Source of the DNA: Caulobacteraceae bacterium
Lineage (GTDB): Bacteria; Pseudomonadota; Alphaproteobacteria; Caulobacterales; Caulobacteraceae
Direction of reading: 5' to 3'
Length of the DNA stretch: 64,000 nucleotides
Assembly (NCBI GenBank): GCA_947476555.1
Contig: CANJRI010000006.1
Coordinates: 1,793-65,792, forward strand
Below are positions 18,111-26,276 of the stretch, one piece after another (within the stretch, counting starts at the first letter, position 1; each line of letters begins with the position of its first letter). Under the pieces are notes generated by a model. That model was not told the origin of the DNA. It saw nothing but the letters and a program-made list of their open reading frames with translations, and ran no database searches. A program made the translations under genes and the position numbers.

Positions 18111-18707
18111 TCAGGCGCGAGCCGGGAGGCTGGGCGTGACAACGGCATAGCGGGCGAGTTCGCCCACCGAGAGCCAGTGCATATCCTGCGGACGGGTGCG
18201 CAGGGCCGGCACCAGCAGATCCATGGCGCCCGACATCTTGTTCACGTGGATCGCCACCATCGACATCAGCCATTGGCTGTCGGACGCGCTGAGCGAGGCT
18301 GCGCCGCCGCCGGCCACCTGATGAACGCCCACCTTGCCGCCGGTCCCGACGGTGCGTTCGACGCCGCCGAGGAAGACATAGACGCAGGCCGATGCGCAGG
18401 CGCCGCCGTCCCGGACCATCGTGGCGACGCCAGCCTTGCGCACCGCGTCGCCCATAGCCAGGCTCTCGAGCACATTGCCGCCCTGGGAGTCGAGGATCAG
18501 CAGGGCGCCGGGCGCGACCTTGCGGGACTTCATGAAGCCCTGCAGCGCCTTGGCGGCGTCCTTGTCGATGCCGCCGCTGGCGAGCACGCACTGGCGAGCC
18601 GCGCAGGCCGCGGTGTCGCTCACCGTTTGGAACGTCATCGCCGAGGCCTGGGAGGTCAGGCCCAGAAGCAAGGTGGCGGCGGCGATGGCGATCCCGGCGA
18701 AGCGCAT
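18111..18707 (-). CDS. Secreted COG3904-like protein with ClpP/crotonase-like fold
   Basis: Signal peptide (...SQASA), LDSQGG, CASAC and GVHQ motifs. Confidence 0.7.
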   Translation of the reverse strand: MRFAGIAIAAATLLLGLTSQASAMTFQTVSDTAACAARQCVLASGGIDKDAAKALQGFMKSRKVAPGALLILDSQGGNVLESLAMGDAVRKAGVATMVRDGGACASACVYVFLGGVERTVGTGGKVGVHQVAGGGAASLSASDSQWLMSMVAIHVNKMSGAMDLLVPALRTRPQDMHWLSVGELARYAVVTPSLPARA

Positions 18708-18802
18708 GGCTCAACTCCTCAAGTTCAGGAGTTGGTACGTGTCGGGCCTGATCCGCGAAATTCCGGCCGTTTCCGTAAGGGGATTTCCGTTGGGCGCTCC
18801 CC

Positions 18803-18820
18803 CTAGGGAATTCTACGGAG
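18803..18820. promoter_or_regulatory. 7-4-7 pseudo-palindrome, second copy (weaker third copy at 18775-18792)
   Basis: CTAGGGA-ATTC-TACGGAG about 96 bp upstream of the COG3904 gene; GTAAGGG-GATT-TCCGTTG at 18775. Confidence 0.55.
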
Positions 18821-19484
18821 CGGGTGACAGAGTCCAGACCGCGGTGCGCTTGACCGCCACGTCCTCCAGTTCGCGGGTGGTGAGGACCTCATATTCCGCC
18901 AGCTTCGTCAGGCCCTGGCGAGGGAAGTAGCTGCGGCCGGGGTCGCCGATCAGCACCTGCGCCCCTGCGGCTCCCGCGGCCGCCAGCCAGGTCATCACCT
19001 GCTCCGCCAGGGGTTTCTCGTAGCAGACGTCGGCGACCAGGATCACCTCGGCCCAGGCGGGCGCCGGGCCTTCCAGCAGATTCTCGCCGGTGAACTCCAC
19101 GGCTACGCCGTTGGCGCTCGCGTTGATCTCCACGGCGGCCTCGCAGAAGACGTCGATGTCGGCGGCCAACACCCGCGCCGCGCCCGCCTTGGCGGCGGCG
19201 ATGGCGACGATCCCTGAGCCTGACGCGAAGTCGATGGTCGCCTTGCCCGCGACCACCGAAGGATTGTCCAGCACGTAGCGCGCCAGGGCCTGGCCGCCTG
19301 CCCAGGCGAACGCCCAGAACGGCGGCGGCAGGCCGATCTCGCTGAGGGCCTCCTCCGTCAGCCGCCAGATCGGGGTGATCTCGGACGCCAGGTGGAGCAC
19401 CAGTTCGGGGGTATGCGGCGGCCGCTCAGCGGTGGTGTTCTCGCGGATGAACGCGCGTCGGGCCTCAGGGGTCGGGGCGATCAT
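18813..19484 (-). CDS. SAM-dependent protein methyltransferase, METTL20/ETFB-KMT (COG3897)-like
   Basis: PPPFWAFAWAGGQALARY, DFASGSG, ADVCYE, GDPGRSY. Confidence 0.85.
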   Translation of the reverse strand: MIAPTPEARRAFIRENTTAERPPHTPELVLHLASEITPIWRLTEEALSEIGLPPPFWAFAWAGGQALARYVLDNPSVVAGKATIDFASGSGIVAIAAAKAGAARVLAADIDVFCEAAVEINASANGVAVEFTGENLLEGPAPAWAEVILVADVCYEKPLAEQVMTWLAAAGAAGAQVLIGDPGRSYFPRQGLTKLAEYEVLTTRELEDVAVKRTAVWTLSPAP

Positions 19485-19514
19485 GGACGGGCCATGACAC
19501 ATCCTGTCGGAAGT

Positions 19515-19539
19515 TTAACCCACCTTACCTGCATTTAAC
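19515..19539 (+). promoter_or_regulatory. Three phased direct repeats TTAAC/TTACC/TTAAC upstream of a TonB-dependent receptor
   Basis: Units start at 19515, 19525 and 19535 (exact 10-bp period) in an otherwise GC-rich intergenic region. Confidence 0.4.
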
Positions 19540-19591
19540 TCGGTCGCCGCCCCGGCCCGCGCCACACCGGCCTGGCTGGAAAGGGTGATCG

Positions 19592-21628
19592 ATGCTGCTT
19601 ATCCACATCCTCGCGCAGGCGGCCGCGGCCGTCGCCGCCCCGACGGAAGGCGTGGTCAGCTATCCGGCCGCCTTCTTCGCCGATCAGCAGCCGGCCAACG
19701 CCTGGGAGATGGTGCAGCGCGCGCCCGGCTTCAGACCCGACGTGGGCCAGGCCGTGCGTGGCTTCGAAGGCGGCGGCGGCAATATCCTGGTGGATGGCCA
19801 GCGGCCGGTTTCCAAGACCGACGCCCTGGATGAAATCCTCAAACGCATCCCTGCCGGCCAAGTGGAACGGGTGGACATCGTCCGTGGCGGCGCGCCCGGG
19901 ATCGACATGCAGGGCCGCTCGGTGATCGCCAACGTGATCCGCCGGCCCGGCGCGGGCTTCCAGGGGCTGCTCGCCGGTTCGAACATGCATACCTACGACG
20001 GCCGCGACCTCCCGGGACTGCGGGCCGAGATGGCCGGGCAGGATTTGGGGGGCCGCAAATGGGAGGCGGCCGCACGCTACTCGAGCTCCCTCGACGACGG
20101 CCTCAGCGAAGGTCCTGGGACCTGGCTCGGCCCGACGGGCGAGGTGATCCGCCGTTCCAACCTCGATGGCGATGGCGACGGCGCGCAGTACGCGATCACC
20201 GGGGCGATCGAGCAGCCCATCCTAGGCGGACGCGCGCGGATCAACCTCCGCACCTTCGGCGACAAGTTCAAGGTCGACGAGGACGAGACGGTGACCTTCC
20301 CCTCGGCCGGCCTCGACACGCGGGACGAGCTATACCGCACCTTGGAGGACGAGCTGGGCGGCCGCTTCGAGCGCGGCTTCGGGGCCCGCACCAACCTGGA
20401 AGTTCTCGGCCTCCTCCAGACCCGCGACCGCGAAACCACGACGTGGCTGGCCCGGAGCGGATCGGCCAGCGTCTTCGCCCTGGACCGGGAGACCCGCGAG
20501 ATCATCGGCCGGGCGCTGCTGAAGCATCAGGCCAGCCCGGCGCTGGCGCTTGAGGCGGGCGGCGAAGGCGCCTTCAACCGCCTCGACAGCCTCACCAGCC
20601 TGATGGCGGATGGCCGCGTCCAGGCCTTGCCGGCCGCCAACGTGCGGGTGGAGGAGGCCCGTGGCCAGGCCTTCGGGCGCGCCACCTGGCGGCCGGACCC
20701 GGCCTGGACATTGGAGGGGGCGCTCAGGTTCGAAGCCTCCGACATCGCCTCGAGCGGCGACGTCATCCTCTCCAAGACCCTCTACTTCGCCAAGCCGAGG
20801 CTGGCCGCCAGCTGGGCGCCGCGCGCCGGCTCGCAGCTGCGTCTGCGGGTGGAGCGGGAAGTGGGCCAGCTGAAGTTCGACGACTTCGTCGCCGTGGCCA
20901 ACCCCGGCGCCGTGGGCGTCACCGTGGGCAACCCGGATCTGGAGCCCGAGCAGGCCTGGGTCGGGGAGGCGGCGCTGGAACAACGGTTCTGGGGCAATGG
21001 GGTGGCGATCCTGACGCTGCGCCACTCGCGCCTCACCGACGCCATCGACCGTGGCCCGGTGCGCGCCGAGCACCTGGACCCGGCCACCGGCCAGCAGGTC
21101 GTCGAGGTGTTCGACCGCCCGACCAATATCGGCGCCGGGACCTCGGACCACGCGATCTTCGAACTCTCCCTGCCCCTGGGGCGCTTCGGGCTGAAGGGCG
21201 GCCAGCTGAAGGGCGACGTCACTTGGCGGCGCACCCGCGTCACCGACCCCACCACCGGCGAGCGGCGGGAGATCTCCGGCGTGCGTCCGATCGCCTGGAA
21301 CGCGGCCCTCACCCAGGACCTGCCGGCCTGGAACACGAGCTGGGGCGTCGATGTCTTCGGCGCCTGGCGCGAGCGCTACTACCGCTACAACTCCATCGAC
21401 ACGGTGAAGCTGAAGACCTACCCGCGGCCCTGGGTGGAATGGCGGGTCCGGCCGGACCTCGCCATCCGCGCCGAGCTCGGCAACATCACCTCGCGCGGCT
21501 TCCGGCGCACGACGCAGATCTACGCCGGCCCGCGCGACCTCCACCCGACCCCGGCCCGCACCGAAGACCGGGACTACCAGTTCGGCCGGACCTACGTCCT
21601 GCGCGTGCGCAAGAGCTTCGGCGGCTGA
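19592..21628 (+). CDS. TonB-dependent outer-membrane receptor (678 aa)
   Basis: Plug motif GNILVDGQRP...IPAGQVERVDIVRG, NPDLEPE, beta-barrel-like C-terminus VLRVRKSF. Confidence 0.85.
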   Translation: MLLIHILAQAAAAVAAPTEGVVSYPAAFFADQQPANAWEMVQRAPGFRPDVGQAVRGFEGGGGNILVDGQRPVSKTDALDEILKRIPAGQVERVDIVRGGAPGIDMQGRSVIANVIRRPGAGFQGLLAGSNMHTYDGRDLPGLRAEMAGQDLGGRKWEAAARYSSSLDDGLSEGPGTWLGPTGEVIRRSNLDGDGDGAQYAITGAIEQPILGGRARINLRTFGDKFKVDEDETVTFPSAGLDTRDELYRTLEDELGGRFERGFGARTNLEVLGLLQTRDRETTTWLARSGSASVFALDRETREIIGRALLKHQASPALALEAGGEGAFNRLDSLTSLMADGRVQALPAANVRVEEARGQAFGRATWRPDPAWTLEGALRFEASDIASSGDVILSKTLYFAKPRLAASWAPRAGSQLRLRVEREVGQLKFDDFVAVANPGAVGVTVGNPDLEPEQAWVGEAALEQRFWGNGVAILTLRHSRLTDAIDRGPVRAEHLDPATGQQVVEVFDRPTNIGAGTSDHAIFELSLPLGRFGLKGGQLKGDVTWRRTRVTDPTTGERREISGVRPIAWNAALTQDLPAWNTSWGVDVFGAWRERYYRYNSIDTVKLKTYPRPWVEWRVRPDLAIRAELGNITSRGFRRTTQIYAGPRDLHPTPARTEDRDYQFGRTYVLRVRKSFGG

Positions 21629-21633
21629 CGCGG

Positions 21634-23397
21634 CTACTTGTGGTTCGCCGCCTCGTTCACACCGTGCGCCCAATGCTTGATGAAGAAGCTGGCCACGATG
21701 AAGACCACCCCGCAGGCGACGCCCGCCCAGCCCAGCTTGTTGAAGCCGTCCAGCGAGGTGGCCAGCGCGCCGGCCGGGTCGAGCACCTGCCCGCCCACCG
21801 TCTCGGTCCCCATCAGGCCGGCGATCTTGCCGCCGACGAACTGGGCGATAGAGGACGACAGGAACCAGACCGCCATCATGAACGACACCACCGAGGCCAC
21901 CGATAGCTTGGTGATCTCCGAGAGGCCGACCGGCGATAGGAACAGCTCGCCCGTGGTGTGCAGCAGGTAGAGCAGGCCCAGCATGAAGAGGGGCATGCGG
22001 TACTGATCGTCCGCCATGCCCTGCGCCCAGACCACCACCAGGAAGCCCAGGCCGACCTGTAAGAGGCCGAGGCCGAACTTCAAGGTCGGATTGGGGTCCT
22101 TCTTGCGGGCCGCCAGCCAGGCCCACATCGCCGCGAACACCGGCGCCAGGATCAGGATGAAGCCGGCGTTGAACGACTGGGTCTGGGCGGCCGATATGCC
22201 CATCAGATCGACGTTGCGGTCGGCGAACAGGTTGAGCGAGGTCCCGGCCTGCTCGAACAGGGTGAAGAACACCACCGCGCCGAAGATCAGCACCAGGGCC
22301 AGCATCATTCGTTCGCGCTCGATCTTGTCGCACTTGGCGGCCAGGAACCAGACGATGAAGGCCAGCGAGGCGACGATGGCGGCGAGCAGCATCTTGCCGA
22401 CCAGGTCGTTGGACTGGACCAGGAAATAGATCGGGATCACCCCCAGCAGGCCGCCGGCGTAGATCATCCATTCGCGGCTGATCGGGCCCGCCACCTTCTC
22501 GCGCAGCTTCTCGGGGTTGGGCGGCTCGCCGTGGCCCTCCAGGTGCTTCTTGCCCAGCACGAAGACCACGAAGCCGGCCGCCATGCCGATGCCGGCCAGG
22601 CCGAATCCGGCCCACCAGCCGACCGTCTCGCCCAGCAGGCCGCAGAGCACCGAGGCCCAGAAGGCCCCGAGGTTGATGCCGTAGTAGTAGAGGGTGAAAC
22701 CGCTGTCGCGCCGGGGATCGCCCTGCGGATAGAGCTGCCCGACGATGGTGGAGATGTTGGGTTTCAGGAACCCCACCCCCATGATGATCAACGAGACCGC
22801 GATGTAGAAGGCGGTCTTGCCCATCGGATCGACCGCCGTCGCCAGGGTGTAGGAGCCCTTGGGCAGCACCGCCGGCAGAGCCGCGCCGGCCGGCAGGTTC
22901 TTGACCTCCAGCCCGCCCTCGGGCGTGGCGGCGAACTCGTAGGGCTGGCCGCCCACCATCAGATGCGCCTGGCGGCTTTCCATCCGGCCCTCGGCGGCGA
23001 CCGCGTAGCTCTGACCGGCGTAGGTTAGGTTCTGCTGGGCGGGCGCCCCTTCGATGGCCATCGTCAGGTGGCCGGCCACCAGCAGCAGGGCGCCGAAGGC
23101 CACCGCCTTGCGGGTCCCCAGCCAGCGGTCCGCCATCAGGCCGCCGATCAGCGGCAGCAGGTAAACCAGGGAGGTGTAGGAGCCGTATTGGTCGCCGGCG
23201 GTCTTGTCGTCGAACAGGAGGTGCTGGGTGAGGTAGAAGATCAGGATGCCCCTCATGCCGTAGTAGGAGAAGCGCTCCCACATCTCGGCGAAGAACAGGA
23301 TGATCAGCCCTCGCGGGTGGTTCTTCAGCATCTGCAGCAGCACCGGAATGCCGGTGGCTAGCGTGATCACGATGCCGATGATGACGATGAGGTTCAT
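21634..23397 (-). CDS. POT/PTR proton-dependent oligopeptide transporter
   Basis: EMWERFSYYGMR, GGLMADRWLG, GFLKPNIS, FTLYYYGINLGA, GELFLSPVG. Confidence 0.95.
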   Translation of the reverse strand: MNLIVIIGIVITLATGIPVLLQMLKNHPRGLIILFFAEMWERFSYYGMRGILIFYLTQHLLFDDKTAGDQYGSYTSLVYLLPLIGGLMADRWLGTRKAVAFGALLLVAGHLTMAIEGAPAQQNLTYAGQSYAVAAEGRMESRQAHLMVGGQPYEFAATPEGGLEVKNLPAGAALPAVLPKGSYTLATAVDPMGKTAFYIAVSLIIMGVGFLKPNISTIVGQLYPQGDPRRDSGFTLYYYGINLGAFWASVLCGLLGETVGWWAGFGLAGIGMAAGFVVFVLGKKHLEGHGEPPNPEKLREKVAGPISREWMIYAGGLLGVIPIYFLVQSNDLVGKMLLAAIVASLAFIVWFLAAKCDKIERERMMLALVLIFGAVVFFTLFEQAGTSLNLFADRNVDLMGISAAQTQSFNAGFILILAPVFAAMWAWLAARKKDPNPTLKFGLGLLQVGLGFLVVVWAQGMADDQYRMPLFMLGLLYLLHTTGELFLSPVGLSEITKLSVASVVSFMMAVWFLSSSIAQFVGGKIAGLMGTETVGGQVLDPAGALATSLDGFNKLGWAGVACGVVFIVASFFIKHWAHGVNEAANHK

Positions 23398-23468
23398 GCG
23401 CTTCCTTCGAGGAACAGCCGCTGGATTGGCCGGGAGGAAATCACGCGCCCCCGGCTAGCACAAGCGAG

Positions 23469-23494
23469 GGAGCCCGGCGCCGCCTTCGTGCGTT
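23469..23494 (+). promoter_or_regulatory. Possible SigT/EcfG general-stress promoter
   Basis: GGAGC-N17-CGTT, one mismatch to GGAAC-N16/17-CGTT, 25 bp before the DUF427 ATG. Confidence 0.3.
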
Positions 23495-23519
23495 ATAAGA
23501 GACCGAGCGGAGGAACATC

Positions 23520-24029
23520 ATGAAGACTCCTGGCCCCGACCATCCCCTCAGGATCGAGCCGGCGCACCGGCGTTGGCGGGTCCTGTTCGCCGACCACGTC
23601 ATCGCCGACAGCAACGACGCCTTGGTCCTGCATGAGGCGGCGTTCCCGGCCTGGGTCTATTTCCCGCGTGAGGACGTGGGGATGGAGTACCTGGCCCGAA
23701 CTGACCAGCCCAAGCACTGCGAGTACAAGGGCGATGCGGTCCAATACACCTTGATGATGGATGGCCACTTCGAGGCCAACGTCGCCAAGTCCTACGAGCA
23801 TCCCTACCCCGCGGCCCAGGCCCTGGCCGGTCGGGTCGCCTTCGATCCCGGGCGGGTGGAGGTCTACGAGGTGGACGACGCGGCGGTGAACCCCCGCCAC
23901 GCCGAGCCGCGCTCGGTGGCCGGCCGGGATGTCGACCAGGTGGTCCAGCACACCGATACGGGGGACGGCCACGCCCAACGGGACCACTGGCCGCCCAACA
24001 CCCAGAACCCCGAAGGCGGCGTGCGGTAG
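23520..24029 (+). CDS. DUF427 (nucleotidyltransferase-like) protein with C-terminal extension
   Basis: ADSNDALVLHE, YFPREDV, CEYKGDA, SYEHP; SD GGAGG upstream. Confidence 0.85.
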   Translation: MKTPGPDHPLRIEPAHRRWRVLFADHVIADSNDALVLHEAAFPAWVYFPREDVGMEYLARTDQPKHCEYKGDAVQYTLMMDGHFEANVAKSYEHPYPAAQALAGRVAFDPGRVEVYEVDDAAVNPRHAEPRSVAGRDVDQVVQHTDTGDGHAQRDHWPPNTQNPEGGVR

Positions 24030-24033
24030 CTAA

Positions 24034-25389
24034 CTAGTAGGCGAAGTCCTCGAACGCCCGGCTGGCGTCGCCGCCCCAGCGCGTGTGGTACAGCTCCAGC
24101 AGCCGCTCGGCGGGCGTGATCCCGGTGTCGGCGATCTCCTCCAGCTCGGCCAGGTAGCCGCTTTCGTCCACCAGGCCGCCGGACAGGCGCTGGCGGCGCT
24201 TCAGGCCCGCGGCGGCGATAGCCACCACGTCCTTGGCTACATCCTGGACGCTGCGCCCGCCGACCTGCGCCTTCAGGCCCAGCCGGGCGACGTCGGCGCG
24301 CAGACGCTCGTGATCGTCGATGTCCCAGGCCTTGCAGAGGTCCCAGGCGGCGGCGAGGGCCGCGCTGTCGTAGAACACACCGGTCCACAGGGCGGGCAGG
24401 GCGCAAAGCCGGCTCCACGGACCTGAATCGGCGCCCCGCATCTCCAGATATTGCTTGAGCCGTACCTCGGGGAAGATCGTCGTCGTGTGGTCGGCCCAGT
24501 CCTTCAGCGTCGGGCGCTGGCCGGGCAGCTCGGGCAGGGCGCCGTCCATGAAGTCGCGGAACGAGCGCCCGGCGACGTCGATGTACTTTCCTTCGCGCTT
24601 CACGAAGTACATCGGCACGTCCAGGGCGTAGCGCGCGTAGGTCTCGAAACCGAAGCCGTCGCGGAACACGAAATCCAGCATCCCGGTGCGGTCGGGATCG
24701 GTGTCGGTCCAGACGTTGGCGCGCGCCGACAGCAGGCCGGAGGGCTTGCCCTCGATGAACGGGGAATTGGCGAACAGGGCGGTGGCGATCGGCTGCAGGG
24801 CGAGGCTGGTGCGGAATTTCGCCGCCATGTCGGACTCGGAGCCGAAGTCCAGGTTGGCCTGCACGGTGCAGGTGCGGAACATCATGTCCAGGCCCAGCCC
24901 GCCGACCTTCGGCATGTAACGGCGCATGATCCCGTAGCGGCCCTTGGGCATCACCGGGATCTCGGCCCGCCGCCAGGTGGGCGCGAACCCCAGGCCCAGG
25001 AAACCAATGCCCAGCTCGTCGGCGACGGTCTTCACCTCCTGCAGGTGGCCGCCCGTCTCCTCGCAGATGTCGTGCATGGTTTCGAGGGGCGCGCCGGAAA
25101 GCTCGAACTGGCCGCCGGGCTCCAGCGAGACATTGGCCTTGCCCCGCTCCAGGGCGATGACGTGCTCGCCCTCCAGCACCGGCTTCCATCCGAACCGGGT
25201 CAGGCCGTCCAGCAGCGCCCGGATACCCTGCGGCTCGTAGGGGACCGGCGCATGGTCTTTCAGGCGGAAGACGAACTTCTCGTGCTCGGCGCCGACCCGC
25301 CAGTCGCTGGCCGGCTTGGCGCCGACCTCGAACCACCGGACCAGGTCCGCGAACACCAAGGGGCGATCGTCGCAGCGGGCCTCGGCCAT
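24034..25389 (-). CDS. gshA: Glutamate-cysteine ligase (plant/alphaproteobacterial type)
   Basis: VGAEHEKF, SLEPGGQFELSG, MPKGRY, TCTVQANLD, PEVRLKQYLEMRGAD. Confidence 0.95.
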   Translation of the reverse strand: MAEARCDDRPLVFADLVRWFEVGAKPASDWRVGAEHEKFVFRLKDHAPVPYEPQGIRALLDGLTRFGWKPVLEGEHVIALERGKANVSLEPGGQFELSGAPLETMHDICEETGGHLQEVKTVADELGIGFLGLGFAPTWRRAEIPVMPKGRYGIMRRYMPKVGGLGLDMMFRTCTVQANLDFGSESDMAAKFRTSLALQPIATALFANSPFIEGKPSGLLSARANVWTDTDPDRTGMLDFVFRDGFGFETYARYALDVPMYFVKREGKYIDVAGRSFRDFMDGALPELPGQRPTLKDWADHTTTIFPEVRLKQYLEMRGADSGPWSRLCALPALWTGVFYDSAALAAAWDLCKAWDIDDHERLRADVARLGLKAQVGGRSVQDVAKDVVAIAAAGLKRRQRLSGGLVDESGYLAELEEIADTGITPAERLLELYHTRWGGDASRAFEDFAY

Positions 25390-25409
25390 CCCAGTGTTCT
25401 CCCAGCCCA

Positions 25410-25460
25410 GAGCGCGTTCAGCAAAAGTGGCTCCACTTTTGCGCCCGGAATGCGCTCCAA
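25410..25460. repeat. CIR-like palindromic intergenic repeat, variant A copy 1
   Basis: 51 bp identical to 37014-37064; inner stem GCAAAAGTGG/CCACTTTTGC. Confidence 0.88.
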
Positions 25461-25513
25461 CGATTGCCGCGACCTTTACGCCGTCACACCAGATGAGCGC
25501 AATTCCCGGAAGC

Positions 25514-26230
25514 TCAAGGTCTCCAGTCGCCGAGCGCTGCTTGCCACAGGGTTAAGGCGCTGATGGCCGCGGTGTCAGCCCGCAGGATGCGGGGCCCGAG
25601 GGAGGCCGGCGCCGCATAGGGCAGGGCGCGCAGCAGGTCCCGCTCGCGCGGCGAAAAGCCGCCCTCCGGCCCGATCAGGATCGCCCAGGGACCGGCTTCC
25701 CGGGCCGCCTCCAGCACCGGCGGCGCGTCCCCGGCCTCGTCGCAGAACAGCAGCCGCCGATTGCCGGGCCAGCCCGCCAGCAGCTTCTCCAGCTTCACTG
25801 GTTCCTCGACCTGCGGGACATCCAGGCGGCCGGTCTGCTCGGAGGCTTCCATGGCTATGGCTCGCAGACGCTCGACCCGGGTGTGGTCGGCGTTAGTCCG
25901 CTCGGTGATCACCGGCCGCACCCGCCCGGCCCCCAGCTCGGCGGCCTTTTCGACGATGGTTTCCAGGCGCGCCCGCTTGACGAGGGCGATGATGAGCTCG
26001 ACGTCCGGGCCCTTCGACTGCGGCCGGGCCTGCGCCACGGCCGTCAGGCTCACCGCCTTCTTGCCGAGGCTGGCCACCTCGGCCGTCCACTCGCCGTCGC
26101 GGCCGTTGAACACCAGCAGCCCGTCTCCGACCGCCAGGCGCATCACCGCGGCCAGGTAGCGGCTCTGCCCTTCGTCGAGGGCCAGGACCGCGTCGGCGGC
26201 GAGGTCGTGGGGGACGAAGAGGCGGATCAT
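25514..26230 (-). CDS. rsmE: 16S rRNA m3U1498 methyltransferase
   Basis: VEKAAELG, EASEQTGR, ILIGPEGGF, LGPRILRADTA; start at ATG 26230. Confidence 0.95.
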   Translation of the reverse strand: MIRLFVPHDLAADAVLALDEGQSRYLAAVMRLAVGDGLLVFNGRDGEWTAEVASLGKKAVSLTAVAQARPQSKGPDVELIIALVKRARLETIVEKAAELGAGRVRPVITERTNADHTRVERLRAIAMEASEQTGRLDVPQVEEPVKLEKLLAGWPGNRRLLFCDEAGDAPPVLEAAREAGPWAILIGPEGGFSPRERDLLRALPYAAPASLGPRILRADTAAISALTLWQAALGDWRP

Positions 26231-26276
26231 GCAAAGCCTTTCTAGCGCCCACCCCCGGCCGGGCATAGGGTCGCCT

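Noticed and set aside
17632-18714. 360-aa ORF that could be read as a response regulator with a long N-terminal domain
   Set aside because: The upstream part overlaps the COG3904 gene in another frame and looks non-coding; only the last 117 aa form the receiver.
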